Below are positions 14,075 through 24,962 of a stretch of DNA of 64,000 nucleotides, one piece after another. Made by a program: the position numbers and the translations under genes. The stretch is from contig CAWJGI010000034.1 in the NCBI GenBank assembly GCA_963842255.1, forward strand, positions 16,601 to 80,600. The letters run 5' to 3'. Origin of the DNA: an uncultured Acidobacteriota bacterium (GTDB lineage Bacteria > Acidobacteriota > Terriglobia > Acidiferrales > UBA7541). The notes beneath the pieces were generated by a model. It saw only the letters and a list, made by a program, of their open reading frames with translations, searched no databases and had not been told where the DNA came from. Position 1 is the stretch's first letter, and every line of letters starts with the position of its first letter.

Positions 14075-14902
14075 ATGCAGCGGAAGCCTTATACCAATTT
14101 ACTTCTGGCGGTGGTGGTGATTTCGATCACCGCGACAGTCGGGTGCGATAAACTAAAGGCGCGCGACAAGCTCAACAAAGGTGTGCAAGCCTATAAGGGC
14201 GGCCAGACCGAGGCCGCCATTGAAGATTTCAAGCAGGCCAAAGATCTTGACCCTTCGCTGACCAACGCGCGGCTGTATCTAGCCACCGCATATTCCGCAC
14301 AGTACATTCCCGGTGCGCCTTCTCCTGAAAATATTCGCAACGGCGACCAAGCCGCGCAGGAATTCCAGCAGATCTTGGCCAACGATCCCAATAATCTTGC
14401 GGCCCTCGATGGCGTCGGTTCCATTCTCTACAACATGGCGGGCGGGCCTCCTTTCGATCCCAAAAAGATGGAGGAATCGAAGACGTTCCACCTGAAACAC
14501 GTCCAATTGAAGCCCGACGATCCCGAGCCGTATTACTGGGTTGGCGTGATTGATTGGTCGCTCGCCTTCCGCGGCAATCGCGACATGCGCGAGGAATACA
14601 ACAAGACCGCCAAGAAGTCGATCAAGGACACCGATCCCATGCCGCCAGCGCTGGCGACCGAGTTCCAACAAAAGTATGGCAGCGTCGTGCAAGAGGGCGT
14701 CGATAATCTGCACAAGGCCATCGAACTGCGTCCGGATTATGACGACGCAATGGCATATTTGAATCTGCTCTATCGGCAAAAAGCGGATATGGAGACCAAT
14801 GCCGACGCTCGCGAAGCTGACGAAAAGCTGGCTGACGATCTGGTCGAGAAGGTGAAGGCCATCAAGCAAAAGAAGATGGAGAATCCTCAACCAACATCGT
14901 AA
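14075..14902 (+). CDS. TPR-repeat lipoprotein
   Basis: Has a lipobox (TATVGC), followed by TPR-like repeats (AIEDFKQAKDLDPSLTNARLYLATAY). Confidence 0.7.
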   Translation: MQRKPYTNLLLAVVVISITATVGCDKLKARDKLNKGVQAYKGGQTEAAIEDFKQAKDLDPSLTNARLYLATAYSAQYIPGAPSPENIRNGDQAAQEFQQILANDPNNLAALDGVGSILYNMAGGPPFDPKKMEESKTFHLKHVQLKPDDPEPYYWVGVIDWSLAFRGNRDMREEYNKTAKKSIKDTDPMPPALATEFQQKYGSVVQEGVDNLHKAIELRPDYDDAMAYLNLLYRQKADMETNADAREADEKLADDLVEKVKAIKQKKMENPQPTS

Positions 14903-14939
14903 CGTCGTCGATTTACGGATATATCTCAAGAATTTAACT

Positions 14940-14969
14940 GACGGGCCTTAGGGCCCGTCGTTTGTTTTT
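14940..14969 (+). terminator. intrinsic terminator closing the secDF-tonB-exbBD-TPR gene string
   Basis: GACGGGCC-TTAG-GGCCCGTC (8-bp perfect stem), followed by GTTTGTTTTT. Confidence 0.75.
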
Positions 14970-15067
14970 GGCCCGCCTGGCCCCGCCCTCTACCGCAGGA
15001 ACGTCCGATGGATAAGCCGCCGGCCACAGGCACTGCCTGATCGGCTCGAATTGAGATACAATTATTT

Positions 15068-17266
15068 ATGCCCCCGGCAGAAAAGCCTGCCATTTCACCA
15101 GCGGCCCGTCGCGCGGTTGACTTGCGTTTTGTCGAATTAATCGACAAGGTGCGCCGCAGCCGGCCCGGCAACGACCTCGAGCTGCTGCGCCGCGCCTACG
15201 ATTTCGCCGCCGAACAACATAAGACTCAAACCCGGCTCTCCGGCGAACCTTTCCTTTCGCATCCTTTGGAAGTGGCGCACATCCTCGCGGATATGAAGCT
15301 GGATGTCACGTCACTGTGCGCCGCGCTTCTGCACGACGTGGTGGAAGACACCAAAATTCCTTTGGCGACAATCACCGATCAATTTGGCGCGGACGTCGCT
15401 CGGCTGGTTGAAGGAACCACCAAAATCAGTCGCCTCGATCTGATCGCGCCGGAAACGCGCCAGGCGGAAAATGTTCGCAAGATGCTCCTGGCGATGGTCA
15501 ATGATGTTCGCGTCGTGGTGGTGAAGCTTGCCGACCGCCTGCACAACATGCGCACGCTCAACTTCCTCGATTCCGAGCGCCAGCAGCGCATCGCGCGCGA
15601 GACATTGGATATTTATGCTCCGGTCGCTAACCGCCTGGGCATGGGTTTGATTCGCGGCGAACTCGAAGATCTCTCATTCCGCTATCTCGAGCCCGAGGCG
15701 TTCTTCGAATTACAGAAAAAACTCGCAGCCAAGCAAAAGGCTTTCGATAAGTTCCTGGTCGAAGTGCAGGATGCGATTCGCGGTAAAATGGTGGAAACGG
15801 GGATTCCCGCTGAAGTGCAGGCACGCGTCAAGCGCATCTATTCACTGCATCTGAAGAGCCAGAAGCAGCAACGCACTATCGATCAGGTGTACGACCTTCT
15901 GGCAATCCGCGTCATCACCGATACCGTCAAAAATTGCTACGCGACGCTTGGTGTAATTCACCAAATTTGGCCGCCGGTACCGGGGCGCTTCAAGGACTAC
16001 ATCGCTATGCCGCGGCCTAACCTCTACCAGTCGTTGCATACGACTGTGATTCACGGGGGGCAAGCCTTCGAAGTTCAAATCCGAACTCAGGACATGCATC
16101 GCATTGCGGAACAAGGCGTGGCCGCCCACTGGAAATATAAGGATGGCCGTACCGAAGTCTCGACTGCCGACGATCAGCGCATCGTCTGGATGCGACAGTT
16201 GATCGAGTGGGTGCAGGAAATGCAGGAGCCCAGCGAATTTCTTTCAACTCTCCGAGTAGACCTGTATCCCGAAGAAGTTTACACATTCACGCCCATGGGC
16301 CGCGTGGTGGTGCTGCCACGGGGCGCTACCACGATTGATTTTGCCTATGCGGTTCATACCGAAGTAGGTCATCAATGTACCGGCGCAAAAGCGAACGGCG
16401 CGATCGTTCCTCTGCGCCACACCCTGGCCAATGGCGATGTGGTGGAAATTATCACGCAGAAAGGCCACGAGCCTTCACGCGATTGGCTTTCCTTCGTGCA
16501 CACCTCGCGGGCCCGCAGCAAAATCCGCCAATGGATTAATCTCCACGAACGCGAACAGGCCAAGGATGTGGGCAAACGCTTGCTGGAAAAAGAGGCGCGC
16601 CAAGCGGGCATCCCGCTGAAGAAAATTACGTCGGAGGATTGGCAGCGCGTTGCGTCTGAATATGGCTGCGGACGCATAGACGATCTCCACGCTGACCTCG
16701 GATACGGCAAATGGTCCGCGAGACAGGTGCTAGCGAAGGCTTCTGGTCAGACGCTCCTCGAGCTCTCTGACGAAAAGCCGAAAATCGTAGACACCGTAAA
16801 GCGCATGTTGGGCATGAATGACGGCTCGATTCTGGTGCGCGGGCACGACGATTTGATGGTCTATCGTTCGAAGTGCTGCAATCCAATTCCCGGAGATGAC
16901 GTGGTCGGTTACGTAACGCGCGGCCGTGGCATCGCAGTGCACGGCAAAAGCTGTCCCAACGTTCAAAATCTTCTGTACGACGCCGAGCGCCGCATCGCCG
17001 TCGAATGGGCAGGCCAGACGCAAGCCACATTCCCGGTACGATTGCGTATCCTTACCGAAGACCGTCCCGGTATGCTAGCCAACATCACCGCAGTGATTAG
17101 CGATGCTGGGGCGAACATTCGCACCTTCGAAAGCGGCGGGCAAGATTTGCGCGCGCGCATCGATGTGGCTCTCGACGTTCAAGACCGCAAGCAGCTCGAA
17201 CGAATTCTTTCCGCGATTAAGCGTATCCAAGGGGTCTTCGATATCGAGCGCGTCTACAACGTCTGA
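15068..17266 (+). CDS. rel: bifunctional (p)ppGpp synthetase/hydrolase, RelA/SpoT family
   Basis: 732 aa. Has an HD hydrolase motif (HDVVEDT), a synthetase block (YIAMPRPNLYQSLHTTV), and TGS and ACT C-terminal domains. Confidence 0.95.
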   Translation: MPPAEKPAISPAARRAVDLRFVELIDKVRRSRPGNDLELLRRAYDFAAEQHKTQTRLSGEPFLSHPLEVAHILADMKLDVTSLCAALLHDVVEDTKIPLATITDQFGADVARLVEGTTKISRLDLIAPETRQAENVRKMLLAMVNDVRVVVVKLADRLHNMRTLNFLDSERQQRIARETLDIYAPVANRLGMGLIRGELEDLSFRYLEPEAFFELQKKLAAKQKAFDKFLVEVQDAIRGKMVETGIPAEVQARVKRIYSLHLKSQKQQRTIDQVYDLLAIRVITDTVKNCYATLGVIHQIWPPVPGRFKDYIAMPRPNLYQSLHTTVIHGGQAFEVQIRTQDMHRIAEQGVAAHWKYKDGRTEVSTADDQRIVWMRQLIEWVQEMQEPSEFLSTLRVDLYPEEVYTFTPMGRVVVLPRGATTIDFAYAVHTEVGHQCTGAKANGAIVPLRHTLANGDVVEIITQKGHEPSRDWLSFVHTSRARSKIRQWINLHEREQAKDVGKRLLEKEARQAGIPLKKITSEDWQRVASEYGCGRIDDLHADLGYGKWSARQVLAKASGQTLLELSDEKPKIVDTVKRMLGMNDGSILVRGHDDLMVYRSKCCNPIPGDDVVGYVTRGRGIAVHGKSCPNVQNLLYDAERRIAVEWAGQTQATFPVRLRILTEDRPGMLANITAVISDAGANIRTFESGGQDLRARIDVALDVQDRKQLERILSAIKRIQGVFDIERVYNV

Positions 17267-17570
17267 GTTTGCAGACAGCTCCCGAGACCCGGTCTAAGGT
17301 TTCAAGGTGGCGCCGGCCGTTATCCCCGCCGAGATGCCAAAAGTGTATATAGCTGGGCTCAGTTTCAACGCGAAAACATCCAGCTAAAATAGCGGTTGGC
17401 GGCTGCCCCTTAGTTTTATAGCGCCCGCCGTCGGCTGGCCGCTTCTGACTTTCTCTGCATCCTTCGCGGCAGGGTTTTGCGCCTCAAAGCCGTTAATCCT
17501 TCCGCGTCACGCCGCACACCCGTCGCACGCCACTCTGTACAATAAAATCGGGGGCAGTATCCAGCCATTC

Positions 17571-18200
17571 ATGTTCGCGCGCAAACCAGGTCGCAGCAAC
17601 CACCGCACCTGCACACTCGCGCCGGTGCTCGCAGGCGTGTTATTCCTCGCATCGTGTCAAAGTTTGATGCCGCTGGACACCGTTCCGCTCGATAACGCTG
17701 GAATGTCCTACCAGACCATCAAAGAGTTGAAGACCCTGCATATCGCCCAGCCCGAGGTGAGGGAAATCGCGGAAGTGCGTCAAGCGGGCCTGCCCGATTC
17801 ATATTGTGCTGAATTGCTTCGCATTTTCCACGAGCGCCACCAGCAATTTACAGCTGGCAGCGCGGCTGCCGGAATGCTGCACTCCGGAATGCGTGAGGGG
17901 ACAATTTTGGGCCTCGCCAATATGGATCAGCTGGGTCTGGGCTCCGGTGAACTGCAAGCCATGCACCTGGCAGGGCTGTCCGACGACATAATTCTGGAGG
18001 TAGCACGTCGTCATGCTTCGGGCCAGCCCGTGCTTTCGGGCGCGTCGCTCGGTAATATGAGGAACGCTCGCCTGGACAATGCCACCTTGCTCGAACTGGT
18101 CCGTCGCGGCGTCCCCAATTCCGAAGCGGCTGAAATTGTCGCGCTGCGTCGCAATGGCAGAACTGACGCCGACATTCTGCGCCGGCTGCCTGCTCCGTAA
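17571..18200 (+). CDS. hypothetical lipoprotein
   Basis: Has a signal peptide and lipobox (LFLASC). I recognised no family. Confidence 0.5.
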   Translation: MFARKPGRSNHRTCTLAPVLAGVLFLASCQSLMPLDTVPLDNAGMSYQTIKELKTLHIAQPEVREIAEVRQAGLPDSYCAELLRIFHERHQQFTAGSAAAGMLHSGMREGTILGLANMDQLGLGSGELQAMHLAGLSDDIILEVARRHASGQPVLSGASLGNMRNARLDNATLLELVRRGVPNSEAAEIVALRRNGRTDADILRRLPAP

Positions 18201-18301
18201 GCCGTCACTCGACATTTAGCGGCGAACACCTCGCGGAATTACACAGTTGCGCCAATTTGGCTTTTCCTTTTTTCATCCTTCGCAGCTAAAATCTCTGCAT
18301 C

Positions 18302-19795
18302 TTGAACCGTATTGCGACGCGCTCGATCATTCCAGCATTCCTCGCTATCACCTCAGCTTTGGCTTCTAGTTGCACCGTGCCTTTAGCCCCGGGTTATCGA
18401 ATACTGAAGGAAAGTAGCGAAGTCAGGTTCACGCCTGGCCCGCCGCCCGAACTTCAGGTTAACGTCTCATATACGCTGCGAAATTCCGGCACCAGCAGTT
18501 TGTCCTTCGTCGATGTGATTTTCCCGGACGAAAAACTTTACGGACGCAAGAGTTTGCGTATCAAAGTGGATGGCCACGATATTACGCCTGGCAAACTGCC
18601 TGAAGAACTGCAGCAAGAATCACCCGAGGCATTGCGCATTCCCCTCGATCCCGTCTGGGAGCGGAAACAGGGTCGCAGTTTGACGATCGAATATGCCTTC
18701 AGTTCTCCGTCGGATGAAGGCATGCGCATAACCCTGGCCTCCGATAATTTTCATCTCAGCTCGCGCGGTTGGCTTCCTTTGCCTCAGCCCCCCAAGCGCA
18801 TATTAGCGCCCTACCCTGTGCGTCCGCAGAAGACGACCTACTCCGTGCGCGTACCGGTTAATTTCCTTGTACTCGCGCGCGGTACGCCGCTCGGACGCAA
18901 AAAAGATGGCGGCGAAATCGAATATCGCTTTCAATTGCGCAAAGCAGAGCTGCCTCCTTTTATGGTGGCGGGACGGTACGTCGATTCCGCGGCTAACCGT
19001 GGCTCGACTTCCGTATCGTTTTGGACTTTTGAGCCGCTGAAGCAGGATCCCGCCATTGCGGCACAGCGTATCGCCGCCGCGTGGTCCACGTTGCAAAAGG
19101 ATTTCGGCCCGCTCGATAAAAATATCACGAGCCCGCATGTAATCGAATGCCCAGAGCTGCGCGCCGATGTCCAGAATTCCGATGATCACGGTGAAAATGC
19201 AGTCGCGTCGTTTCCTGGAGGAGTGCTGGTGCGCACGCTGGCTGACGGGTTAGGGAGCGATGAACTCCTGCTGCAAATGAATGAGGCCTTGGCACACAGT
19301 TGGTTCCGCGAACAGATTTACCCGGCTGCGAACGCCGCAATTGGCTTGGGTCAAGGTCTGTCAAATTATGCAACCATCGTTATGGCCGAAGCCAGCGGCG
19401 GCGAATCCGCGCGTCGCAACCGTGTGATTGAATTCCTGCGCGCCTACCAGGATGCGGTCAAGCAAGCTGCCGGAACGCCAAATGCCGAGAAGGCCATAAT
19501 CAGCACCATGCCTTACGATCCGATCGATCAACGCCGTATGGCTCGATCCAAAGCCGCGCTCTTCTTTATCGCACTCGAAGACGCATATGGCGAAGAGCCG
19601 GTGCGACGGGGTCTTACTGACGTTGTCGCTTTGCTGCGCGGCGAGCAAGTCGGGTATGAAGATGTTCGTTCAGCGCTAGAGCATTCCACAGGAAAGGATC
19701 TGGGCGAGCCATTTCGAGTTTGGCTTTACACGGTTGGTATTCCAAAGGACTTTAGCGATCGCTATGCGTTTGCAGCGACCAACGGCGGTCAGTAA
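18302..19795 (+). CDS. lipoprotein with a degenerate M1-peptidase-like (gluzincin) domain
   Basis: TTG start and lipobox (ALASSC). EALAHSWF at nt 19280-19306 aligns to the M1 motif HExxHxWF, but with the first His changed to Glu and the catalytic Glu changed to Ala. Confidence 0.5.
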   Translation: MNRIATRSIIPAFLAITSALASSCTVPLAPGYRILKESSEVRFTPGPPPELQVNVSYTLRNSGTSSLSFVDVIFPDEKLYGRKSLRIKVDGHDITPGKLPEELQQESPEALRIPLDPVWERKQGRSLTIEYAFSSPSDEGMRITLASDNFHLSSRGWLPLPQPPKRILAPYPVRPQKTTYSVRVPVNFLVLARGTPLGRKKDGGEIEYRFQLRKAELPPFMVAGRYVDSAANRGSTSVSFWTFEPLKQDPAIAAQRIAAAWSTLQKDFGPLDKNITSPHVIECPELRADVQNSDDHGENAVASFPGGVLVRTLADGLGSDELLLQMNEALAHSWFREQIYPAANAAIGLGQGLSNYATIVMAEASGGESARRNRVIEFLRAYQDAVKQAAGTPNAEKAIISTMPYDPIDQRRMARSKAALFFIALEDAYGEEPVRRGLTDVVALLRGEQVGYEDVRSALEHSTGKDLGEPFRVWLYTVGIPKDFSDRYAFAATNGGQ

Positions 19796-19819
19796 GATTT
19801 GAAATTAAGAAGGAGGAAA

Positions 19820-20222
19820 GTGAGAGAGGTAATTTCCACCGACAAAGGACCGAAGGCTATCGGCCCTTATTCGCAAGCCGTCAAGGCGAACGGCTTCATT
19901 TTCGTTTCAGGGCAAGTTGCGTTCGACCCGGCCACTGGCAAAGCGATCGAAGGCGACGCGGCTCAGCAGACGGAGCGCATTTTTACAAAGTTTGAAGGCG
20001 ATTGTGGAGGCTGCAGGTTCCTCGCTGGACCGCGCGGTCAGACTTGGCGTGTTTCTGAAGGACATGAACGATTTCGCCGCCATGAACGAAGTCTACGCGC
20101 GCTATTTTCCAGACAACCCACCGGCGCGCACTACGGTAGAGGTTGCGCGCCTTCCCCGCGATTTCCGCGTAGAAATCGACCTCATTGCGTTGGCCGGAGG
20201 CAACGGAACAGATCGGAGCTGA
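19820..20222 (+). pseudogene. ridA: RidA/YjgF-family reactive-intermediate deaminase; one frameshift as sequenced
   Basis: GTG at 19820 follows AGGAGG. The pieces [32 protein letters not shown] | [38 protein letters not shown] join at the T5 run 19980-19984. Confidence 0.85.
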
Positions 20223-20547
20223 GGAGGGCCTGTCGATTCACTTGAATTCGTCGATTCGTCGCCTCGGACATAAATATCCCAGGTCTCTACACTTGAGCAG
20301 CGGTATTGCATTGACTACTGCTCCTCGCTCCCGTCGTGGCGCACTACCGGATTTTTCAGTATGCTAGTCGCATTCACAATTCGGTAAACTCGTCGCGGCA
20401 CAATCGCCCTGAACGCACTCTGTCCCCTTCCGTGCGTCGAAACTGGGTCTGATCAGGATCGAGGGAACGCTCGGCCGACGCGAGTCACGCAGCCGCGGAG
20501 CGCAAATCCGATTTCCGAAATCATCCCGTAAGTAGATAGGTGAGCGT

Positions 20548-21936
20548 ATGCCTGAGACTCAATTCGATCTCGTGGTGATTGGCAGCGGACCGGCGGGCCA
20601 AAAGGGCGCCATCTGCGCGGCGAAGCTCCGTAAGCGCGTTGCGATCATTGACCGCACGCTCATGATGGGCGGCGTTTGCGTGCATACCGGAACAATTCCC
20701 AGCAAGAGCGTCCGCGAAGCCATTTTTCAATTGACTGGAAACGCAGTCAAAGCTTTCTACGGCGATAATTATCGCGGCAAGAATGAGATTTCTGTGCAGG
20801 ACCTTTCCTTTCGCGTCCGCAGTATCGTCGCCCGTGAAACCGACGTGATTCGCGCGCAACTTCGCCGCAACCACGTTCAGATTTTTCAAGGCAGCGCGCA
20901 GTTTGTCGATGCACACGCGATCGAGGTTCAAGGCGACAGCGAAAAGGCCGTTATTCACGGCGACCATATTCTTGTCGCATGCGGTACACGCCCGGCGCGA
21001 AATCCTGATATTCCATTCGATGATAAATTCATTGTCGATACCGACCGCATTTCCGGAATGGAAGGCCTGCCACGAGAACTTATCGTCGTCGGCGCTGGCG
21101 TGGTGGGCTTGGAATACGCTTCGTTCATGGCCGCGCTGGGAACAGAAGTAACCCTGATCGACCAGCGCCCGACGTTACTGGATTTCGTCGACCGCGAGAT
21201 CACCGAAGCCTTGGCGTACCATTTGAGGCAGATGGGTACCATGTTCCGCCTGGGCGAAAAAGTGACGCGCGTCGGCATCGATTCGGAGCGTAATCGTGTT
21301 TTTGCGGAGCTTGAAAGCGGCAAGAAAGTGCAGGCGGACGCGCTGCTTTATGCCGTCGGAAGGCAGGCTAACGGCGATCAGATTCGAGTGGAAGCTGCCG
21401 GATTGCAACCCGATCCGCGTGGAAAACTTACGGTAAACCAGTTTTATCAGACCAGCGTCCCGCACATTTACGCCGCCGGCGATGTTGTCGGTTTCCCTGC
21501 CCTGGCCAGCACCTCGATGGAACAAGGACGCCTTGCAAGCTGCCATATGTTTGGCGCACCCTCCGAACATATTACCGACCTTTATCCGTTCGGTATCTAC
21601 ACCATCCCCGAAATCTCGATGGTTGGGCAAACCGAAGAAAGTCTTACTGCGAAGAAAGTCCCTTATGAGGTGGGGCTCGCCAAGTACAACGAACTCGCCA
21701 AAAGCATGATGCTTGGCGATGAAAGTGGCATGCTCAAGCTTCTGTTCGATCGCAACACGCGCAAGCTTCTGGGGGTCCATGTTATCGGTCAGCGGGCTAC
21801 CGAAATTATTCATATCGGTCAAGCCGTGCTTTATTACGGCGGCAGCATTGAATATTTTCGCGATACGGTTTTTAATTACCCGACTCTAGCCGAAGCTTAT
21901 AAAGTCGCGGCTCTTGATGGCCTCAATAAACTTTAA
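20548..21936 (+). CDS. sthA: soluble pyridine nucleotide transhydrogenase (Si-specific), FAD disulfide-reductase fold
   Basis: Contains DLVVIGSGPAGQKGA and GGVCVHTGTIPSK. This is the single-Cys SthA pattern rather than the CxxxxC of LpdA. Confidence 0.85.
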   Translation: MPETQFDLVVIGSGPAGQKGAICAAKLRKRVAIIDRTLMMGGVCVHTGTIPSKSVREAIFQLTGNAVKAFYGDNYRGKNEISVQDLSFRVRSIVARETDVIRAQLRRNHVQIFQGSAQFVDAHAIEVQGDSEKAVIHGDHILVACGTRPARNPDIPFDDKFIVDTDRISGMEGLPRELIVVGAGVVGLEYASFMAALGTEVTLIDQRPTLLDFVDREITEALAYHLRQMGTMFRLGEKVTRVGIDSERNRVFAELESGKKVQADALLYAVGRQANGDQIRVEAAGLQPDPRGKLTVNQFYQTSVPHIYAAGDVVGFPALASTSMEQGRLASCHMFGAPSEHITDLYPFGIYTIPEISMVGQTEESLTAKKVPYEVGLAKYNELAKSMMLGDESGMLKLLFDRNTRKLLGVHVIGQRATEIIHIGQAVLYYGGSIEYFRDTVFNYPTLAEAYKVAALDGLNKL

Positions 21937-22314
21937 CCATGACATCTTACAGATGGGGACCATCACGCAGGATTCCCAATATTATTCGCAGTGCAATCTT
22001 CTTATTTGATCTGGTAGGAAGATCGAGGCTATAGCATCTCCCTTTTTTCCTCTCTGACCTGTAGGGCCTCCTGAACGATTTTCAAATCGGTAACAAAAAC
22101 CCATTGATGGTCTTCTTCCATCCACCAGTTGGGTATCGATTCGAAACACCCGCGCTTCCCACAACTGCTTTCCTGTCGATTCAAAGTTGCCGAGCGTTGT
22201 TTTTCGTCGCATAATCGTGACACGGCATGCACAACCCAGCCATGCGCGCTATCGTGCATCGAACCCTGGTTTCCGAACCCCAACCACCTTACATTCAAAT
22301 GGAAGGAGATTTTC

Positions 22315-22797
22315 TTGATCTCGTTCGCCATTAATGGCAAGCCCGTTTCCGTGGAAGATCCTCCCTCTACGCCGTTGCTCTGGGTGATTCGCGATTCGCT
22401 GCAGCTTACCGGAACAAAGTACGGTTGCGGCATGGCGCTTTGTGGCGCCTGCACGGTGCACATCGATGGCCAGGCCGTCCGGTCCTGTGTCGCGCCCGTT
22501 TCGCGGGCACAAGGAAAGAAGGTAACGACGATCGAGGGAATTTCGCCGGATTTCTCGCATCCGCTGCAACAAGCTTGGATCGAGATTGACGTGCCGCAAT
22601 GCGGCTATTGCCAGTCCGGCCAAATCATGAGTGCGGCCGTGCTGCTTGCCGAGAATCCCTCGCCCACGGATAAAGATATCGACCTAGCCATGTCCGGCAA
22701 CATTTGTCGCTGCGGCACCTACCCTCGCATCCGCCGCGCGATTCATCGCGCTGCGGAGATTCAAGCCCAAGGCCAGAGCACGAAGGCTGGTGGCTAG
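22315..22797 (+). CDS. (2Fe-2S)-binding small subunit of a molybdo-hydroxylase (IorA/aldehyde oxidoreductase type)
   Basis: TTG at 22315 lies 6 nt after GGAAGGAG. Contains [12 protein letters not shown] and CGYCQSG...CRCGTY. Confidence 0.9.
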   Translation: MISFAINGKPVSVEDPPSTPLLWVIRDSLQLTGTKYGCGMALCGACTVHIDGQAVRSCVAPVSRAQGKKVTTIEGISPDFSHPLQQAWIEIDVPQCGYCQSGQIMSAAVLLAENPSPTDKDIDLAMSGNICRCGTYPRIRRAIHRAAEIQAQGQSTKAGG

Positions 22798-22814
22798 TGA
22801 CCGTCGCTACAGAA

Positions 22815-24962
22815 ATGAAGCGCCGCGAGTTTCTAAAAACCGGAGTCGCGCTCGGAGGCGGGCTCTTAATCAGCCTGTACGTTCCTAATTTTGTGCCAGC
22901 GCGCGCGGCACAATCGGCCGGCAAGCCTGTTGCGCTTAACGCTTTCGTCCGCATCGGCACCGACGAATCGGTAACTGTGATCTCGAATCATTCCGAGATG
23001 GGCCAGGGAATTTACACTTCCCTTCCGATGCTCCTCGCCGAAGAGCTCGAGGCTGATTGGACGAAAATTCGAGTGGGATCTGCTCCTGTAGAAGCGGTTT
23101 ATAACCATACCGTTTTCGGCATGATGATGACGGGCGGCAGCACCACTACAAACTCGGAATACGATCGTTTCCGCAAGATGGGCGCTATGGCGCGCGTCAT
23201 GCTGATAGCGGCCGCGGCGCAATCGTGGAATGTCGATCCCCAATCATGCCATGCGGAAAAAGGCTACGTCGTTCAGACCTCCACGGGGCGCCGTGCATCT
23301 TTCGGCAGCCTTGCGGATGCTGCTGCAAAATTAGAGCCGCCGAAGGACGTTCCGCTGAAGGATCCCAAGGATTTCACGATCATTGGCCGGGCGACACATC
23401 GCCTCGATACTCCGGCAAAAACGAACGGCAGCGCGCAATTCGGCCTCGATGTTTACATTCCGGGTACGATGACGGCCGTGGTCGCGCGCGCCCCTGTTTT
23501 TGGCGGCAAAGTAAGAAGTTTCAACGCAGATAAAGCTAAAGCGGTTCCCGGCGTTGTCGATGTCGTGCAGGTTCCCTCCGGCATTGCGGTGATCGCCAAA
23601 GGTTTCTGGCCAGCGAAACTGGGCCGTGAAAAACTGGAAATAACCTGGGACGAAGGCCCGGGCGCGCAGATCTCCACTGTTGTAATGCGCGAGCAATTCG
23701 CGGCACTTGCGCGCTCTCCCGGGAATATCGCCCGCAAAATGGGCGATCCCGCCGGTGTGCTTTCCGGCGCGCCGAAAACAGTTACTGCAGAGTACGAAGT
23801 TCCCTACCTGGCCCACGCGATGATGGAGCCGCTCAATACGGTCGTTGATCTGCATGACGATCACTGCGAAATCTGGAGCGGCACGCAATTTCAAACCGGC
23901 GATCGCGCCGCTGCTGCCAAGGTTTTTGGTTTTAAACCCGAGCAGGTTGCGATTCACACCACGTTTCTCGGCGGCGGGTTCGGGCGACGCGCCAATCCTG
24001 CCTCGGATTTTGTCACCGAAGCTGCTGAAGTGGCAAAAGCTGCAAAAGTCCCGGTAAAAGTTGTCTGGGCGCGCGAAGACGATATTCGCGGCGGCTGGTA
24101 TCGCCCCATGTGGTACGACCATTTTGCCGCGGGCCTCGATGCCAGCGGAAATCCCGTTGCATGGACTCACACCATCGTCGGCCAATCCATCTTCGAAGGC
24201 ACCATGTTCGAGAATTTCGGGATCAAGAATGGCATCGATTCCGCTTCTGTCGAAGGCGCGGCGGATTTGGTCTACGAAATTCCCAACGTGCAGGTTGATC
24301 TACACAGTCCCAAGAACGAAGTTCCGGTGCAATGGTGGCGCTCGGTCGGCCACTCTCATACCGGCTTTTCGGTAGAAGCTTTTTTCGACGAGGTTGCTCA
24401 CGCCGGTGGCAGGGATCCTTACGAGCTTCGCCGCGCGCTTCTGGCCCATCAGCCGCACATGCTCGCTGTGCTTGATCTCGTCGCCCAAAAATCAAATTGG
24501 GGCAAGCCGTTGCCCGCGGGCCGTGGCCGGGGAATCGCCACGCATTTTTCTTTTGACAGCTATGTGGCCCAGGTTGCCGAGGTTTCGGTGGATAGTGATG
24601 GAACGGTCCATGTGCATCGCGTGGTGGCGGCGGTAGACTGCGGCAGCGTCGTAAATCCCGACACGGTGAAAGCCCAGATCGAAGGCGGGATCATCTTCGG
24701 CCTCACCGCGGCGCTGAAAACGGAAATCACCCTCGACAAGGGCCGCGTGCAGCAACGCAATTTCCACGATTATCCGATGCTGCGCATGTTTGAATCGCCC
24801 GAAATCGAGGTCTACATCGTTCCCAGCACCGAGAAACCCACGGGCGTCGGCGAGCCGGGAGTTCCGCCAGTCGCGCCTGCCGTTGTCAACGCCATATTCG
24901 CTGCAACCGGCAAACGCGTTCGCCGCCTGCCGATCAAGGCCGAAGACTTGCGGACCGCATGA
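22815..24962 (+). CDS. molybdopterin-binding large subunit of a molybdo-hydroxylase (IorB type), Tat-exported
   Basis: Has a twin-arginine signal (MKRREFLKTGVALGGG) and a xanthine dehydrogenase family a/b-hammerhead and Moco domains. Confidence 0.9.
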   Translation: MKRREFLKTGVALGGGLLISLYVPNFVPARAAQSAGKPVALNAFVRIGTDESVTVISNHSEMGQGIYTSLPMLLAEELEADWTKIRVGSAPVEAVYNHTVFGMMMTGGSTTTNSEYDRFRKMGAMARVMLIAAAAQSWNVDPQSCHAEKGYVVQTSTGRRASFGSLADAAAKLEPPKDVPLKDPKDFTIIGRATHRLDTPAKTNGSAQFGLDVYIPGTMTAVVARAPVFGGKVRSFNADKAKAVPGVVDVVQVPSGIAVIAKGFWPAKLGREKLEITWDEGPGAQISTVVMREQFAALARSPGNIARKMGDPAGVLSGAPKTVTAEYEVPYLAHAMMEPLNTVVDLHDDHCEIWSGTQFQTGDRAAAAKVFGFKPEQVAIHTTFLGGGFGRRANPASDFVTEAAEVAKAAKVPVKVVWAREDDIRGGWYRPMWYDHFAAGLDASGNPVAWTHTIVGQSIFEGTMFENFGIKNGIDSASVEGAADLVYEIPNVQVDLHSPKNEVPVQWWRSVGHSHTGFSVEAFFDEVAHAGGRDPYELRRALLAHQPHMLAVLDLVAQKSNWGKPLPAGRGRGIATHFSFDSYVAQVAEVSVDSDGTVHVHRVVAAVDCGSVVNPDTVKAQIEGGIIFGLTAALKTEITLDKGRVQQRNFHDYPMLRMFESPEIEVYIVPSTEKPTGVGEPGVPPVAPAVVNAIFAATGKRVRRLPIKAEDLRTA

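Noticed and set aside
22029-22463. I considered the 144-aa minus-strand ORF that overlaps the start of the 2Fe-2S subunit gene.
   Set aside because: It overlaps a strongly supported gene on the opposite strand, has no recognisable family and no ribosome-binding site. I treat it as a shadow ORF.
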